Assembly (NCBI GenBank): GCA_050084515.1
Contig: CM114271.1
Coordinates: 36,084,001 to 36,148,000, forward strand
Reading direction: 5' to 3'
Length of the DNA: 64,000 nucleotides
From: Blasia pusilla
Lineage: Eukaryota
The notes beneath the pieces are model-generated. The model was not told the origin of the DNA. It worked only from the letters and a program-made list of their open reading frames with translations, and ran no database searches. Below, in pieces: positions 25,401 through 37,123 of this stretch; within the stretch, counting starts at the first letter, position 1, and every line of letters begins with the position of its first letter. The translations under genes were made by a program, and so were the position numbers.

Positions 25401-27749
25401 TCTGGCAGGAGAGAGTAAGAGAGGAGAGGAAGAGAGGAGAATCTCTCTTAAAAAAAAAGGGCCAAATCCGCCTCCTCTCTTCAAAACTTTTTGACATATT
25501 TGAAATTTTCGTTTGCTTTCAAATTTAGGAAATCTTTAGAAGAGAGTAGGTAGTGGTCCACATTTGGCCCTAAAACCTCCTCTTTCTTGGGGCGAAAAAA
25601 AGGAGACATCATAAGACACACCTAAACATTTTTCCATCATTGTCCATGTGAGCCTAAGTTTCTTAACATTCCAGATCGGTCAACAAAAGCAAAGGTGCCC
25701 TTGGTATTTTTGTTGGAGGACCATCCGGATGGGTACCTCTCTTTTGCCTGATTGTTGCTCGCATCATGGCCTCCCCTAAATTGCCCCATAACCAACTTTC
25801 TACATCGGTTATGAATGGTGTCTGCTCAAGACCAACTTTCTGAAATGTGAAAAATCGATCCTAAGGCTCGTAAACGAGAAGTGCACCTCCCAACCCGTAA
25901 GAAAGCTCACCATAAGAAACGAAAGATTTTTAGAAGTGATTTTCTTCCACCCTGCACCCACGACGATCTAACGGGTTGGGAATCCGAAATGGCAATCCGA
26001 CAAGTAGTAGGAATCTTGCACATCTTAGACAAGAAAAAGAAGCCTACAATGGTTGGACGAATGAAGGGGAACGAGCCAAAAGTCAAGAAGCCCGCCACAA
26101 TGCGTCAGAAGTTGGTCTCACCGGGATAGAGTCCCATCACTCAAGCAGTCAACCTGTCGGAATCCGAGAGGTTGCCTAGAAATGGTTAAAAAGTTGCAGT
26201 GGGCAAAAAGCAAAAAGTCGGAATCATACGGGTTGCAGAATTGCAATTTCTGAGTAGCTAAAAGAACACAATCCACAAGTCCAAAAACATATTCCAGAAA
26301 ACTTTTACAAACACCATTATGGGTTGATAAAATCGCCTTTATTACCTCCGAAGGAACTCGAAATGTACATTGAACCTAGTCTATGATTTCTTCACCTCTT
26401 CATCTACAAATTTACTCCTAACTCTCCTCGTGTGCAGTACCAAAGGAATGTCCCGGGATTCAAGTGGCTCCTACGGCCGGTTGTAGACGGGGATAAAAAT
26501 GTTGGCGACCCGAGAGCCTTGGCCCCCCTAGGTACACCATAACGGTCCCATGTAACCTGTCTCGAGTCCCACCGCCTTCCTCGGCGGTATACCTTGTACG
26601 CTCCGCAATGTGACACCTATCCAAGATCAATATCGCTCCGCCCCCGATAATACCACTATGGCAACCGCGGTAGAAGGAATCCAACACGCCGAGAAGAAAA
26701 GAAGCCTCGCTGCGCTTTTACGAGTTGAGGGGAAGGTGCCAAGGGAAGAAGCCCGCCGATCGCCGATCCGAAAGGGTCGATCAGGCAACTGTCGGAATCA
26801 GACAGTTGCCTGGAGGTGGCAAAAGGGTCCGATGGTCAAAAGCGAAAAGTTGCAAGGAGGATAAATCCGACGGGTTGCAGTGGTCATAAAGTGAAAATTG
26901 CAAGCAGGAGAAATCCGACGGGTTGAAAAGTAGAAGACTGTGGAGTACATAGATGATCACATTCGAAAAGACAAAATGATCAAGACAAACATTTACAAGC
27001 ACCACCATCGATCGAAAAAATCTTTTGCTTTATATCATCCAAAAAAGCTCGGAACTGTACATTTGATCTATTCTATGAAATCTTTTGCCAAATTATCAAA
27101 AAACTCCCTACTCCAAACGCTGCAGTCAAGTTGGGTCGTTGAGTTCTTTGAACTCACTCGTTATCGTCCGAGAGCTCTTGCAAAATCACTTTCGGCCTTG
27201 CCCTCCCGATTTTGGGAATCGTTGGAAGTGACGATGGAGTCACTACCAAGGGTGGCTCTGGAACCGAGCTCGGCCGATGGAGAGTTGTACGCCTAACGAG
27301 CCTTCAGATTTTGCCTTTGCCTCCTTGCAAAGGTCAAAGCAGCCTGCGTTCCCTCGAGGCGAGAATGTTCCCGCCACTCGCAAGCGCCTCGATACTCGCC
27401 CCTGAAAGGCCCACTAAGTCGAACACCAAGTCACCCGGCCTTGAGCAGAGCTCGATGAGCGTTGCATCGTGGTGCCGACTTTCCCTTCCTCCCGAAGTGG
27501 GTCTTGTCTTGCATGTAAATTCCGGGGAATTGTACAAACTATCTAAGCTGCACCCATCGAGCATGGATCCACAGGATCCTCGATCTTGAACACCTGGAAA
27601 TTGTGCTTGGGCGAACAAAGCAAAGACACGAGGAGTGGTCCATCTGAAAATCAGCACGAAACAATGTCGAAACTAAAAAAGTCGCCTTGAGAAGATTTTC
27701 AATAATCGACTTTGGATCAACGTCGAGTCCCGACAGGTTGTTTGTCTCT

Positions 27750-27980
27750 GACCAACCGCCGGAACCCGACGGTTGCGATTGCTTTGGGTTTTCCAAGTTG
27801 ATTTTGGTTTTCAGATGCAACCCGTCGGAAGGCGGCGTGTTCCGCCTAGACCAGCCCTTGCTCGCCTGAGAGCAACCCGTCTAATAGCAACCCGTCGGAC
27901 TCCGATGGGTTGCATCCAAAACCAAAATCAACTCGGAAAACCCAAAGCAAGCGCAACCCGCCGGGTTCACGGGTTGCTCT
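27750..27980. repeat. Intronic inverted repeat (~57-bp arms) containing palindrome motifs
   Basis: 27773-27829 is a near reverse complement of 27901-27956. Confidence 0.85.
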
Positions 27981-30093
27981 GTTAAAACAAAAAAACCAGA
28001 TTGGTGATTCTACACATCATTATAAGATAATTGAAATTATTGTACAGAATTGAGCCTTACCCGAATTTGACTCGTCGCGGATCGGAGTGGGTACTTGTTT
28101 TTGATGATCCACGATTGTGCCGTCCTCCACTTTAGCGACCTCTTGACACACTGGAGGTTGAAGAGCTCGTCCTCGCTCCCTCCGATCAACACCAAGAAGA
28201 AGCCCCTGTCACTCGGACAGGCGTGCGCAAAGGAGAACAAAAGTGCAATCTGGTCATAAGTGAGCGGCGATTCCACTCGGTACTTCGTCCGCCGGATTTT
28301 CGCCCCAAAGTCGCAACCCCGAGGGCAGATCGGCGATCAAGAGATCCACCATAACCTCTTCCACCACTCCATTCACCGCCCTGCAGCGTGCCCGTTTCGT
28401 TGGAGCTTCCGCCCCAGCGTTGTCAATTTTTCGATGGCGGTTGTCGATGCTTGAGAATCAAGCCGTTTCACTCATCCAAGAAAGAGGTGAATCAAGGAGG
28501 ACGCTTGTCCGGTCGTTGTTTGTCTCGTGTCTTCCCAAGGATGATGGGTGTATTCTCCTTGGGACAACCGGGCACCTCTCGCTCCGCTTCTCCCTAGTCA
28601 GGGACGGCTTGTCGGGGTTTCTATGACCTCGGATTCTCGTGGCATTTTCTTCGCCGAGGACCTGGTCCGACCCTCTCTCCCTCGCTCGTGGGGACGATTC
28701 CGCCTCTAGCCTCTCAACTTCAGGCTCTCTTTGGGAAGTCTCGGCCTCTGAATTTTTCCCTCCTCGCCTTACCTTTGAGACCCTCGTGGATTTGTCTTTG
28801 GTGTCCCGACCTTGAAGCCAACTCACTGTCTCGTGGGCCTGCTCTTCTACATCTCCTCCGAAGAAGTCAGCCGGACGACATTGGGGATGTCGTCTTGTCC
28901 CGAGGCCATTGCATCATGAAGCACTCGTAAGTCCTTATCCGTGATGTCTTCAAGGTCATTGAAGTCGAGCCAAATGGGGCAATTCTCCACCTCCCAATCC
29001 GAACATGTTCGACCCATCTCCACGCCGTACATGGAGAATATCTCGCATCCCGCGCGGCCCACAATTTCAAAGTCTGCGGTAATTTTCCCCACATACTGCG
29101 TTCTTACATCGGACGAGGTACTGAATACCATCCGTTGGGCAGCTTTTAGTCGAACATTATCGGCCGTTTGCTCTCAGAGATCTCGCTTCTTCTTCGCTTG
29201 ATCCCGTTTGTTACCCTCTACTTCTTCGTCAAGCTCGCCGAGGGAGGACGCAAACCTTGAACATGGTCTTGAATCCTGGGTTTTTTGTTGGCTTGTCCCG
29301 GATGTCGCCGAGCCAAACCTCGTAATCTCCAAAACTTTCAAGGTTTGCTTCGGCGGAATGGGCTCTAATCTTCGAGCTCCGCTTGGACCGCCCAAAGACG
29401 GACTTCCCGACTACCCGCAACGCGTCCCGTAACGGCCATTCGCGTAGCCAATGTGAGATCACCGGATCGACACACCCGGAGGATCCGTGCCGCCTCTTCG
29501 GGCCTCTGCGCCCTCAAGACTAATTTTCACGGGCCGTATCCTCCGAACTCGCTAATCCCGGATAGCGCAAAACGATGCACGCGATCCGACACTTTCTCCC
29601 AATCCGACCATGCGGATCTTCATCCTCTTCCTCTCGACGCTTGATAATTGCCTTGAGCTCCTTGTAGAACTCCGGACCAAGTTCGGGTTGAGAATGCTTG
29701 ATGTATTCTTGCATCTTGCTCGCCGTGTATTTCGTTGCGGTAGATACAAAGAGCTTGATGAAATTGGCGCGCTCAGACGTAGATACCTTCTCCCTCCGCT
29801 CCAGCTCCAGTGCAGCGCTTTTCTTCGCGGCCTGTATCTTCGACGAGCAAAGGATGGTTATGGCTGCATCTTGAGAAATAAACTTGTTTGCCCAGGTTTT
29901 CTTCTTAATCTGAGCACCCTTTGCAAGCATCTGATTGACGAGGGAATCGCCCAAGAACCCCCTGTACTCTCCCGGGTGCGTCGTAAGCCCCTTCCTCACC
30001 CGATCGCAGTCCTGGATCCAATGGTGGGTGACATTCCCTTCCGATACAATCTTACACATCCAAACTCAACCCGTCAGGAAATTACATGGGTTC

Positions 30094-30811
30094 CTGCAAC
30101 CCGTCGGACACTGACGGGTCGTCACAGCTCAAGGTCGGATTCTAGCAACAAGCTAAATGATGCAACCCGTCGGAGTCCGACGGTTTGCATTCAGATTTGC
30201 TAATGGTAGGTAAGCAACTTGTCCGACTCACGGGTTTCGAATCAGACGCTTTTTGATGTTTTTAAGATTGCAACTCGCCGGACTCGACGATTTGTTTGAT
30301 TGAACATAGATTTAACTAGTTTTTTGGCCCAAAGCAAACCGCCGGAGTCCGACATGTTGCCGATAGGCCGCTTAAGAGGTTGTTTTTAAGAATGCAACTC
30401 GCCGGAGTCCAACGAGTTGCATTCTTAAAAACAACCTCACAAGGCGCCCTATCAGCAACCCGCGGACCACGGTTTGCTTTGGGCCAAAACTAGTTAAATC
30501 TATGTTCAATCAAACAAGTCGCTCGGAGTTCGACGAGTTGCACTCTTCAAAAAACATCCTCACAAGGCGGCCTGTCGAGCAACCCGTCGGACTCCGAAGG
30601 TTTGCTTTGGGCCAAAACCTAGTTAAATCTATGTTCCATCAAACAAGTCGCCGAGTCCGAGTTGCAATCTTAAAAACATCCGAAAAGCGTGGAGTCTAGC
30701 AACCCGCTGAGTCCGACGAGTTGCTTTCGCCTAAACAAACCTAACCCATTCATCAATCGAGCAACTCGCCGGAGTCCGACGAAAGTTGCGAAAAGTGTTA
30801 AAGATACTCAC
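30094..30811. repeat. Intronic palindrome array and long inverted repeat centred near 30406
   Basis: TTGAACATAGATTTAACTAGTTTTTTGGCCCAAAGCAAACC pairs with GGTTTGCTTTGGGCCAAAACTAGTTAAATCTATGTTCAA; right-arm unit is duplicated. Confidence 0.85.
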
Positions 30812-32238
30812 GTGTTTATGGCATGCATTGCCATCTCCACCGTCGCCATGTGATGAGGGTATGGGTGAAGGACCACCGCCTTCACGCAGAAATGTGCCTC
30901 CAATGAGTTGGGGCGCCCTCCGCAAACTTGGTCCACGCCATGAACTCGTGATTTCCATCCCAGATGAAGAAATGCGATTCCTTATCCGGCTGAATTCGTG
31001 CCCTCAACTTGCCTTCTCAAGTGTCTGGTCTCGCATCCTCCAAAATGTGTCGAGATTTTCCAAGTCCTCCTCGGTAACAGAGCTTGGGTTCCATGCTCGT
31101 CGTAAAGGCCGAACATAGAAGGGAGGAAAGTCCTCACGATGATGTTGTCGCCGATTGTTTTAGCTTTGCAATGTCCTCGCGGATCAGATTTGTGGACGTA
31201 TTCCATTGTCCTTAATCGGGCAGAGTGGAATCCTCGGGGCGTTGTGGCCCTCCATGAGTGCCATCGCTTTACCACCGTCCGAACAGGACAAGAGGAATAA
31301 GCTACACCTGAAATCCCAATGAATTGCAATTCACATAATTAAAACCGAGAACCTCTCTTACCCGCCGAAAATGGAGTCGGTTTCTTGACCAGCTAACTTG
31401 TGCGAGACAGGGCCGCAAATCGACCGGGAACTCGCCGATCCGATAGAGGTCGATGTCCTCCGCCGGGCTTGAGTCGAATGACCGCTCTCCGCTTCTTCGC
31501 CATGTCCACCATCTCCACGTTGGCGATCCTCATGACCTCGCTGCGCCATCGATTTGAATCGGTGTTGATTCCACTATGTTGATTGTGTCCCCGGACTTCG
31601 TGGGGACATTTCCGCATCTCAACACTTGCGGTTGGACACGCTGGGCTATCGCCAATGGCTATCGCTTTTCCCCGCCGCTTTAGCCAATTTTGCCCTCTCA
31701 CCGACGCGTCCAGGACGCTTTTTTTCTCTTTTCATCGGCGATCCTTTTCTTCAAGGCGTCACGCCTCGGCCTCTTCGTTTCTATTTATCTAGCGCCGCTT
31801 GAACACGTCTCGCGAAGCACTTGGTTGTGCATCTCCGCTTCCCTTTCCCCGCTCCTCGATTTCCCGCCGCTTTCATTTCATTCACAATAACGAGGCCCGT
31901 GAGAAGCCGACGCAGAGTCCTAATGGACTTGGGAGTGAAGCTCCAGACTTGTTGGCTTGTGTTTTTTTCCTCCTCATTTTTTCCGAAATGCCTCCACCTA
32001 TGCCCACAACAAATCCCTTGATCATCGCTTTGCTGATGTCGAGATGGGAGCCTCGTCTCGCCTTGATGGTTAGCTCGACCGCCCCGGATATCGCCGGTCG
32101 AACCGTCTCGCCTGCTCCTCCTATCGACTCGCGATGTGTTGCCGCGTGAAATGCCCCTTCAGATTCGATCACTTGTCGGAGAGTGAGGAGGAGGAATGAA
32201 GATCGCGAAATGAGAAACCGAAATGAGCGATTTCGCCC

Positions 32239-33185
32239 TATTTATACTTTTCAGCCGTTGGTGACCGTTGGGTCCTCGGCTGCCCTTTCGACGCGGCGTC
32301 GTAATGTTACGGAAGTCCGACGTGAAAAATCGCAACCCGCCGGAGTCCGACAGTTGCGCGGCTTTGCCATCCTGGTACGCCGCCACGCGCGCGAGCAACC
32401 CCTTGAGATCGACGGGTTGAGCGCCTCCGCCGCCTTTCGAAAAGAACGCGAGGTACCGCAACCCGCCGGAGACCGACATGTTGGCGCGCTCCGCCATCCT
32501 CGCGAACGCCGCCACTTGCGCGAGCAACCCGCCGGAGACCGACGGGTTGAGCGCCCGCGTTTTCGTGAAAACAACGCGAGGTACTCGCGCAAGCCGCCGG
32601 AGACCGACATATTGCGCGCCTCGCCGTGTTTGGGGCGAGAACGGGGACGTATTTTGGGCAATCCGCCGGAGATTGTTGGGTTGCACGCCTCATCAAGGGT
32701 TAGGAACGATGGCTTCCCGTGCAAGTAAGTCGCCGAGTCCGGCTCCTGCACCACAAGGCGACGCCCTTTCGCAGAACCCGTTGGACGGCGACGGGTTGCA
32801 CGCCGCCGTCTTTGGGCTAAAAGGCGAGGCACCCGCGAACTCATCGGGAACAGACGGCTTGCACGCCTCCGGCATCTTCGAGCAAGAAGGAGCGGTATCC
32901 AGAAAGTCGCCGGAGAGCAACGGGTTGCTCGCCGACAATGTTTAGCAGCGCGCAACCCGTCCGATGCCGACGGGTTGCGTGCTCGATAAGCACCGGGTAA
33001 TTTCGAGTTACCAGACTCCGACGGGTTCCAAGTGATGCGCAACCTCGCTTCCCAAACGGTAACATATTGCAACACAATTGAATGTGTTCTGCACTGGATC
33101 CATTGTGTCGGACAATCTCCCCACCGAATTCATCTTGTCAATAAAAATCTGTCAGAGTATCATGCTTTCCTATTCACTATAAATT
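32239..33185. promoter_or_regulatory. Putative bidirectional promoter: two outward-facing TATA boxes enclosing a palindrome array
   Basis: TATAAATA on - at 32239-32246; TATAAATT on + at 33178-33185; about 11 palindromes, mostly 60-69 bp apart; same layout at 47295-48325. Confidence 0.65.
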
Positions 33186-33235
33186 AAATATTCTCATTCT
33201 CATTCTCAGTCTCCTCCGTAGGGAATCTTCTTGGA

Positions 33236-36200
33236 ATGGATAATTATGTTAAGCTCACTTGTGGCCTATCCATGCCCTTCCTCAATCGTAAATCATTCGA
33301 CCCCAAGCTCGTGAGTCTTTCGTGAGTGATGGATGAAAATTTTTCTGTCTATTCGATTTCTTCTTCAATTGGAACCATCTTTGTATCCAAAGATGTTAGG
33401 TGGAAGGTACGGAAGACATAATAGGTGAGACGGTCCATCCAAAGTGACCTCGCATCGTAAAAAGTATGGAATCTCCTACACCAGAGCAAATGGTCAATAA
33501 GAGTTTACGGCCCGCCCTCGACTCCGCCTCTTCCCAAGTAGACGGTCTAGAATTTCCTAGTGCTCCAAGTCAGGTTTGCAACTCCAAGCTCGCAGATCCG
33601 GCCGACTCCAACTTTGCACACTCGTAATAATGTTGTTCTTCCGAAGAGATTCCGGATGTTATCAACTCGCCTGATCTGCCTGACACCAATCGGGCCCTCG
33701 TGGTCCGCCTACTGCGTTCCTTCTTCGAGTAGTATCGGCAATAGTTTGCTTGTCTCGCTCTTGAAAATGTTCAAGCACATTCTTGTCGACAAGATGCCGC
33801 CACGCACGATGGTAATTGCATTTTTGAGTTGCCTCCACTTGCCGCCCCGCTCAAAAGAAGGATGGAGGACGCCAAGGGTATGGATAGAAAGTCCGATTGT
33901 CATCGATGTGCAAAGCTTCAACGGACTAGTGCTTCCATCCCGAGATGGTTCTGGATTGTCTCCCCCGCCAATGCGTGGGAGCCTTGGAATGTAGAAGTCC
34001 AGCATGCCCGATCTAGAGCGCAACGGGCGAGTCAATACGCCGCAATTCCCCAAGAATGCAGAAACTCCATACGAGGTGGGTGCCACAATACCGCCGGAGG
34101 CCATCGATGTCCTCATTGCGTGCACGCCTTCAGCGCTGGAGCGTGTCCCGCATACATATTTTTCATTGTCCATGACTTGGGCTCCACGCCGAGTATACAA
34201 GGTCGGGCGATTCATGTTGGCTCCACACTCATCCGTGACCGATGCAATTCAAAGACACATCAAGGAGGATGTGGTAAGAAAGTAGCCGAGGTCTTGAAAC
34301 TCTCCGGTTCAAAGCCCAAGGTGATCAAGCTCATAACGGCATCACAAATTTGTGAACAATTGCTTGAACTCGACAGGCGAGATCACGCGGTTGAGGAGAA
34401 ACAACTGGGAAAATCTCAGATTTCTCGCTGATCCCGAATGCTTCCGAATTTGCCGCGCCGATACGAAGTTCGGATGGAAAGACGGCCGAAATGGATGCCA
34501 TCGCTAATCAAGGCCAACCCAGATTTCCATTCATTCAGAGATGGCAGTTCATGGGCCAAGGAGGCGAGGGATCCAGGGCCTATGTCTTCAAAATGTCAAC
34601 CACAGTCCTCGAGTGGCCTCGATCTTATAGATTGAATGAGGGAAGGGGAAGATCTTTACTGAGTGGGTCAGCTTTGATATTTGCTACAGAGTCGAACGGA
34701 TGGTTGACGATGGGTGCTCACATTTATGACCATGTGGAGAAGGGACTCAAAACTATATTTGTGTGTGAAGTAAAGGTAAGACGTTGGCGGTTTGAAGATG
34801 TGTTGGTTACTCTTATTGGAGGTGGTGAAGGAAAACAAAAGGCCACCTCCGAAATTTATGGGTTCATGGCGGACAATGCACAACCCAGGTGGATTGCTAT
34901 CCGGGAAGTGTTTTGGGGTGGAGAGGTTCAACTGAGAGGGAAAGGTCGGATGCTTTCCATTGGCAATGTCATGACCCTGGTACACCAAATCTTGCATCAA
35001 GGAGAATAAGAGGACAGAGCATGTCACTCTACTCCAACGCTGCAAGGACAGCAAAACCTTGAAGCAAGCCATGGACTGCCAAGAAGAACTTCATGGGTGG
35101 TGGAGGAAGCATGCGATTGAGGGGAAGTACAAAGAGTTTTGCTCTTGGTTGAGTTGGTGGACTGTATGTATGAGACAATGGGGAAACTTCATGCGGCAAG
35201 TGAGTTCACTATTTTGTCTTGTCAAGCTCACGCTTAGAATTGTTTGTAAAGTTGTAGCTCAGGGTGAGAAGCGTGGGAATTATATGGATTTCAAACCCAA
35301 GAAACCAAGCAAGCTGTCGGATGCGACGGGTTGCCCGAGTGTGCAACCCGACAGAAACCGACGGGTTGCTCGAGTGTGCAACCCGACGGAAACCGACGGG
35401 TTGCATCCAAATTTTTGGTGCAACCCGAGTGTGCAACCCGTCGCGACTCGACGGGTCACAGAGTCGTTGATGGGATGCCTCGGCCTTGCAACCCGTCGGG
35501 TTCCGACGGGTTGCAGGATGTGGGTTTAAGGTTACAACACGCCGGGACCCAACGGGTCGCAGAGTCGTTCATGGGATGCTCGGCCCGCAACCTGCCTGGT
35601 TCCGCTGGGTGTCGCTTTTCTTTGACTCCTCGAGTTATTTTCGCTCCCTTCTAACATTGCCGCGTTGTGGATTGAACGCTCATGAAAATGCCCTCCGCCC
35701 CAACAGAAGTGGAGAGAAAGTGTTCATTCCTCTTGAGGTCGCCACAAGCATGCCAACAAATTTCACTTGTGGAGGCATGCCAACAAGACAGGCAAGAGCA
35801 ATGCTACAGGTGTGCAGATCCCATATCTTCCTCACAAAAGGCATAACAAAAGGAAAGGGGCCGTCGATCTACGAGCTCTATGTCGGGTGGTGTGAGATCG
35901 GTGATGAAAAATTGTATGTCGGAAGCCTTCAACCGGTGCGTGAGCTGGAACTCCACTGAGCAAGACGTATACATAGGTGGGGATATTCGTGGGTGGGTTT
36001 CAAGACGCCCCATACAGATGGTGGTAGAGCAATCCGAACGAGACTCGTGGGAGACCGAGATAAGTATCTTGACTTGTGCGGTGTGAAGAGACAAAGATCG
36101 AGAACTAATCCGGTGATTGATTTGGATGAGGAAATTACACCGCCAGGTATTTGGGGACCTAACCCGTCCCAAATCTGTGATGGAGTAACTTATCCAAAAT

Positions 36201-37123
36201 CAGTGAATGTTTTATTTCAAAAGCCCTCCATTGCTGGAAGTTCGCAACATCCTGTCACTCGGGTGGTTCAACAATATGGGATTCCGGTAATGGAGGTGGA
36301 TTGCAACCTAAAACGGTGGCATATATCTCGAGCAACCTAGGACGTGGACCCACCACAGGCACGATCTCGATGGCATTAGGAGAGCATGCGGCACTCTCCT
36401 AAATAAGAACTGTACAAGGACTGGACGACCTTTGGGGACTCAAAACCTTTGATCTTTTCACGAGGACCGGGGATCAATTGAAGATTTTCTTCGCCCAAAT
36501 GAATCTTGCGCTCGAAGTCTTATCCGCTGCCATTGAGCTCGGGAATACCCCACGATTTGGTCCATCGCCGCAGTACGAATCAAGCGCCAAGATGAAGTGG
36601 ACAATCTTACAAGTGCCGTTTCAGACTCAGAGACGGGGAAGTTCGGAGCATGTTCAGACGAGAGACCTCGTTTGTATTCAACCCAAGATTGATGTCAACA
36701 TGTACCCGGAGAAGGTGGATGATCTCAATCCATTATTTTTGTTTGAGTCTAGAAATGGGGTGAAGAGAAACAATGTGCAGGCCAACTTGGAGAGAGCAAA
36801 GCGAATTGCAGCAGCTCAGGAGGCAAAATGGAGATCATCGCCATGAAAGATATCTTGAGTGGCAATGGAATAGGAAGGATGTATTGGGTCAGAACAACAC
36901 TGTAAATTCAAGTGTCATGGGGTGTATGTGGTGCACATCTGTTGCTTTCCCACATGTTCATGTGATGACTTTGTCCAAAGAGAGACAAGTGGCAAAAGAT
37001 ATTTCCTTGTAAGCACATGTACTATGTGTTTTGTAGTTTTAAGAGAGTCGAGGTAGGAGTAGGAATCCACCAACCAATTCTGGTCCCTCAAAGAAGTTGA
37101 AGTATTTTAAAAAACCACTTTGA
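33236..37123 (+). pseudogene. Mutator-like transposase with Cys/His N-terminal domain, DDE-like core and SWIM finger, frameshifted
   Basis: C.GSLECRSPAC..RCPHC..C..H..H; GWLTMGAHIYDH; GFMADNAQP.WIAIREVF; DAFHW; WLSWW; FPTCSCDDF..CKHMYYV; predicted intron from ~35200 with palindromes. Confidence 0.78.

Larger units (their letters stand above)
27068..32172 (-). pseudogene. Spliced gene: ParB/Srx-like domain plus C-terminal beta-class N4/N6 DNA methyltransferase-like domain, frameshifted
   Basis: HFFIWDGNHEFMAW (~30933-30974); VDLLIADLPSG (28317-28349, motif IV-like); LIELCSRPGDLVFDL.G.SGASIEA...GNILA (27358-27460, motif X/I-like); predicted GT-AG introns 31361-31308, 30811-30094, 28060-27644; ends approximate. 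Confidence 0.68.

Noticed and set aside
27068-32172. Bacterial or phage contamination as the source of the ParB-MTase-like gene
   Set aside because: It has plausible spliceosomal introns containing the element's own motif, and its promoter side recurs in copy 3 next to a plant-type transposase
32159-33077. Long overlapping Arg/Ala/Gly-rich ORFs (up to 274 aa), and similar ones at 47421-47938
   Set aside because: By-products of GC-rich palindromic repeats that are open in most frames; no domain motifs
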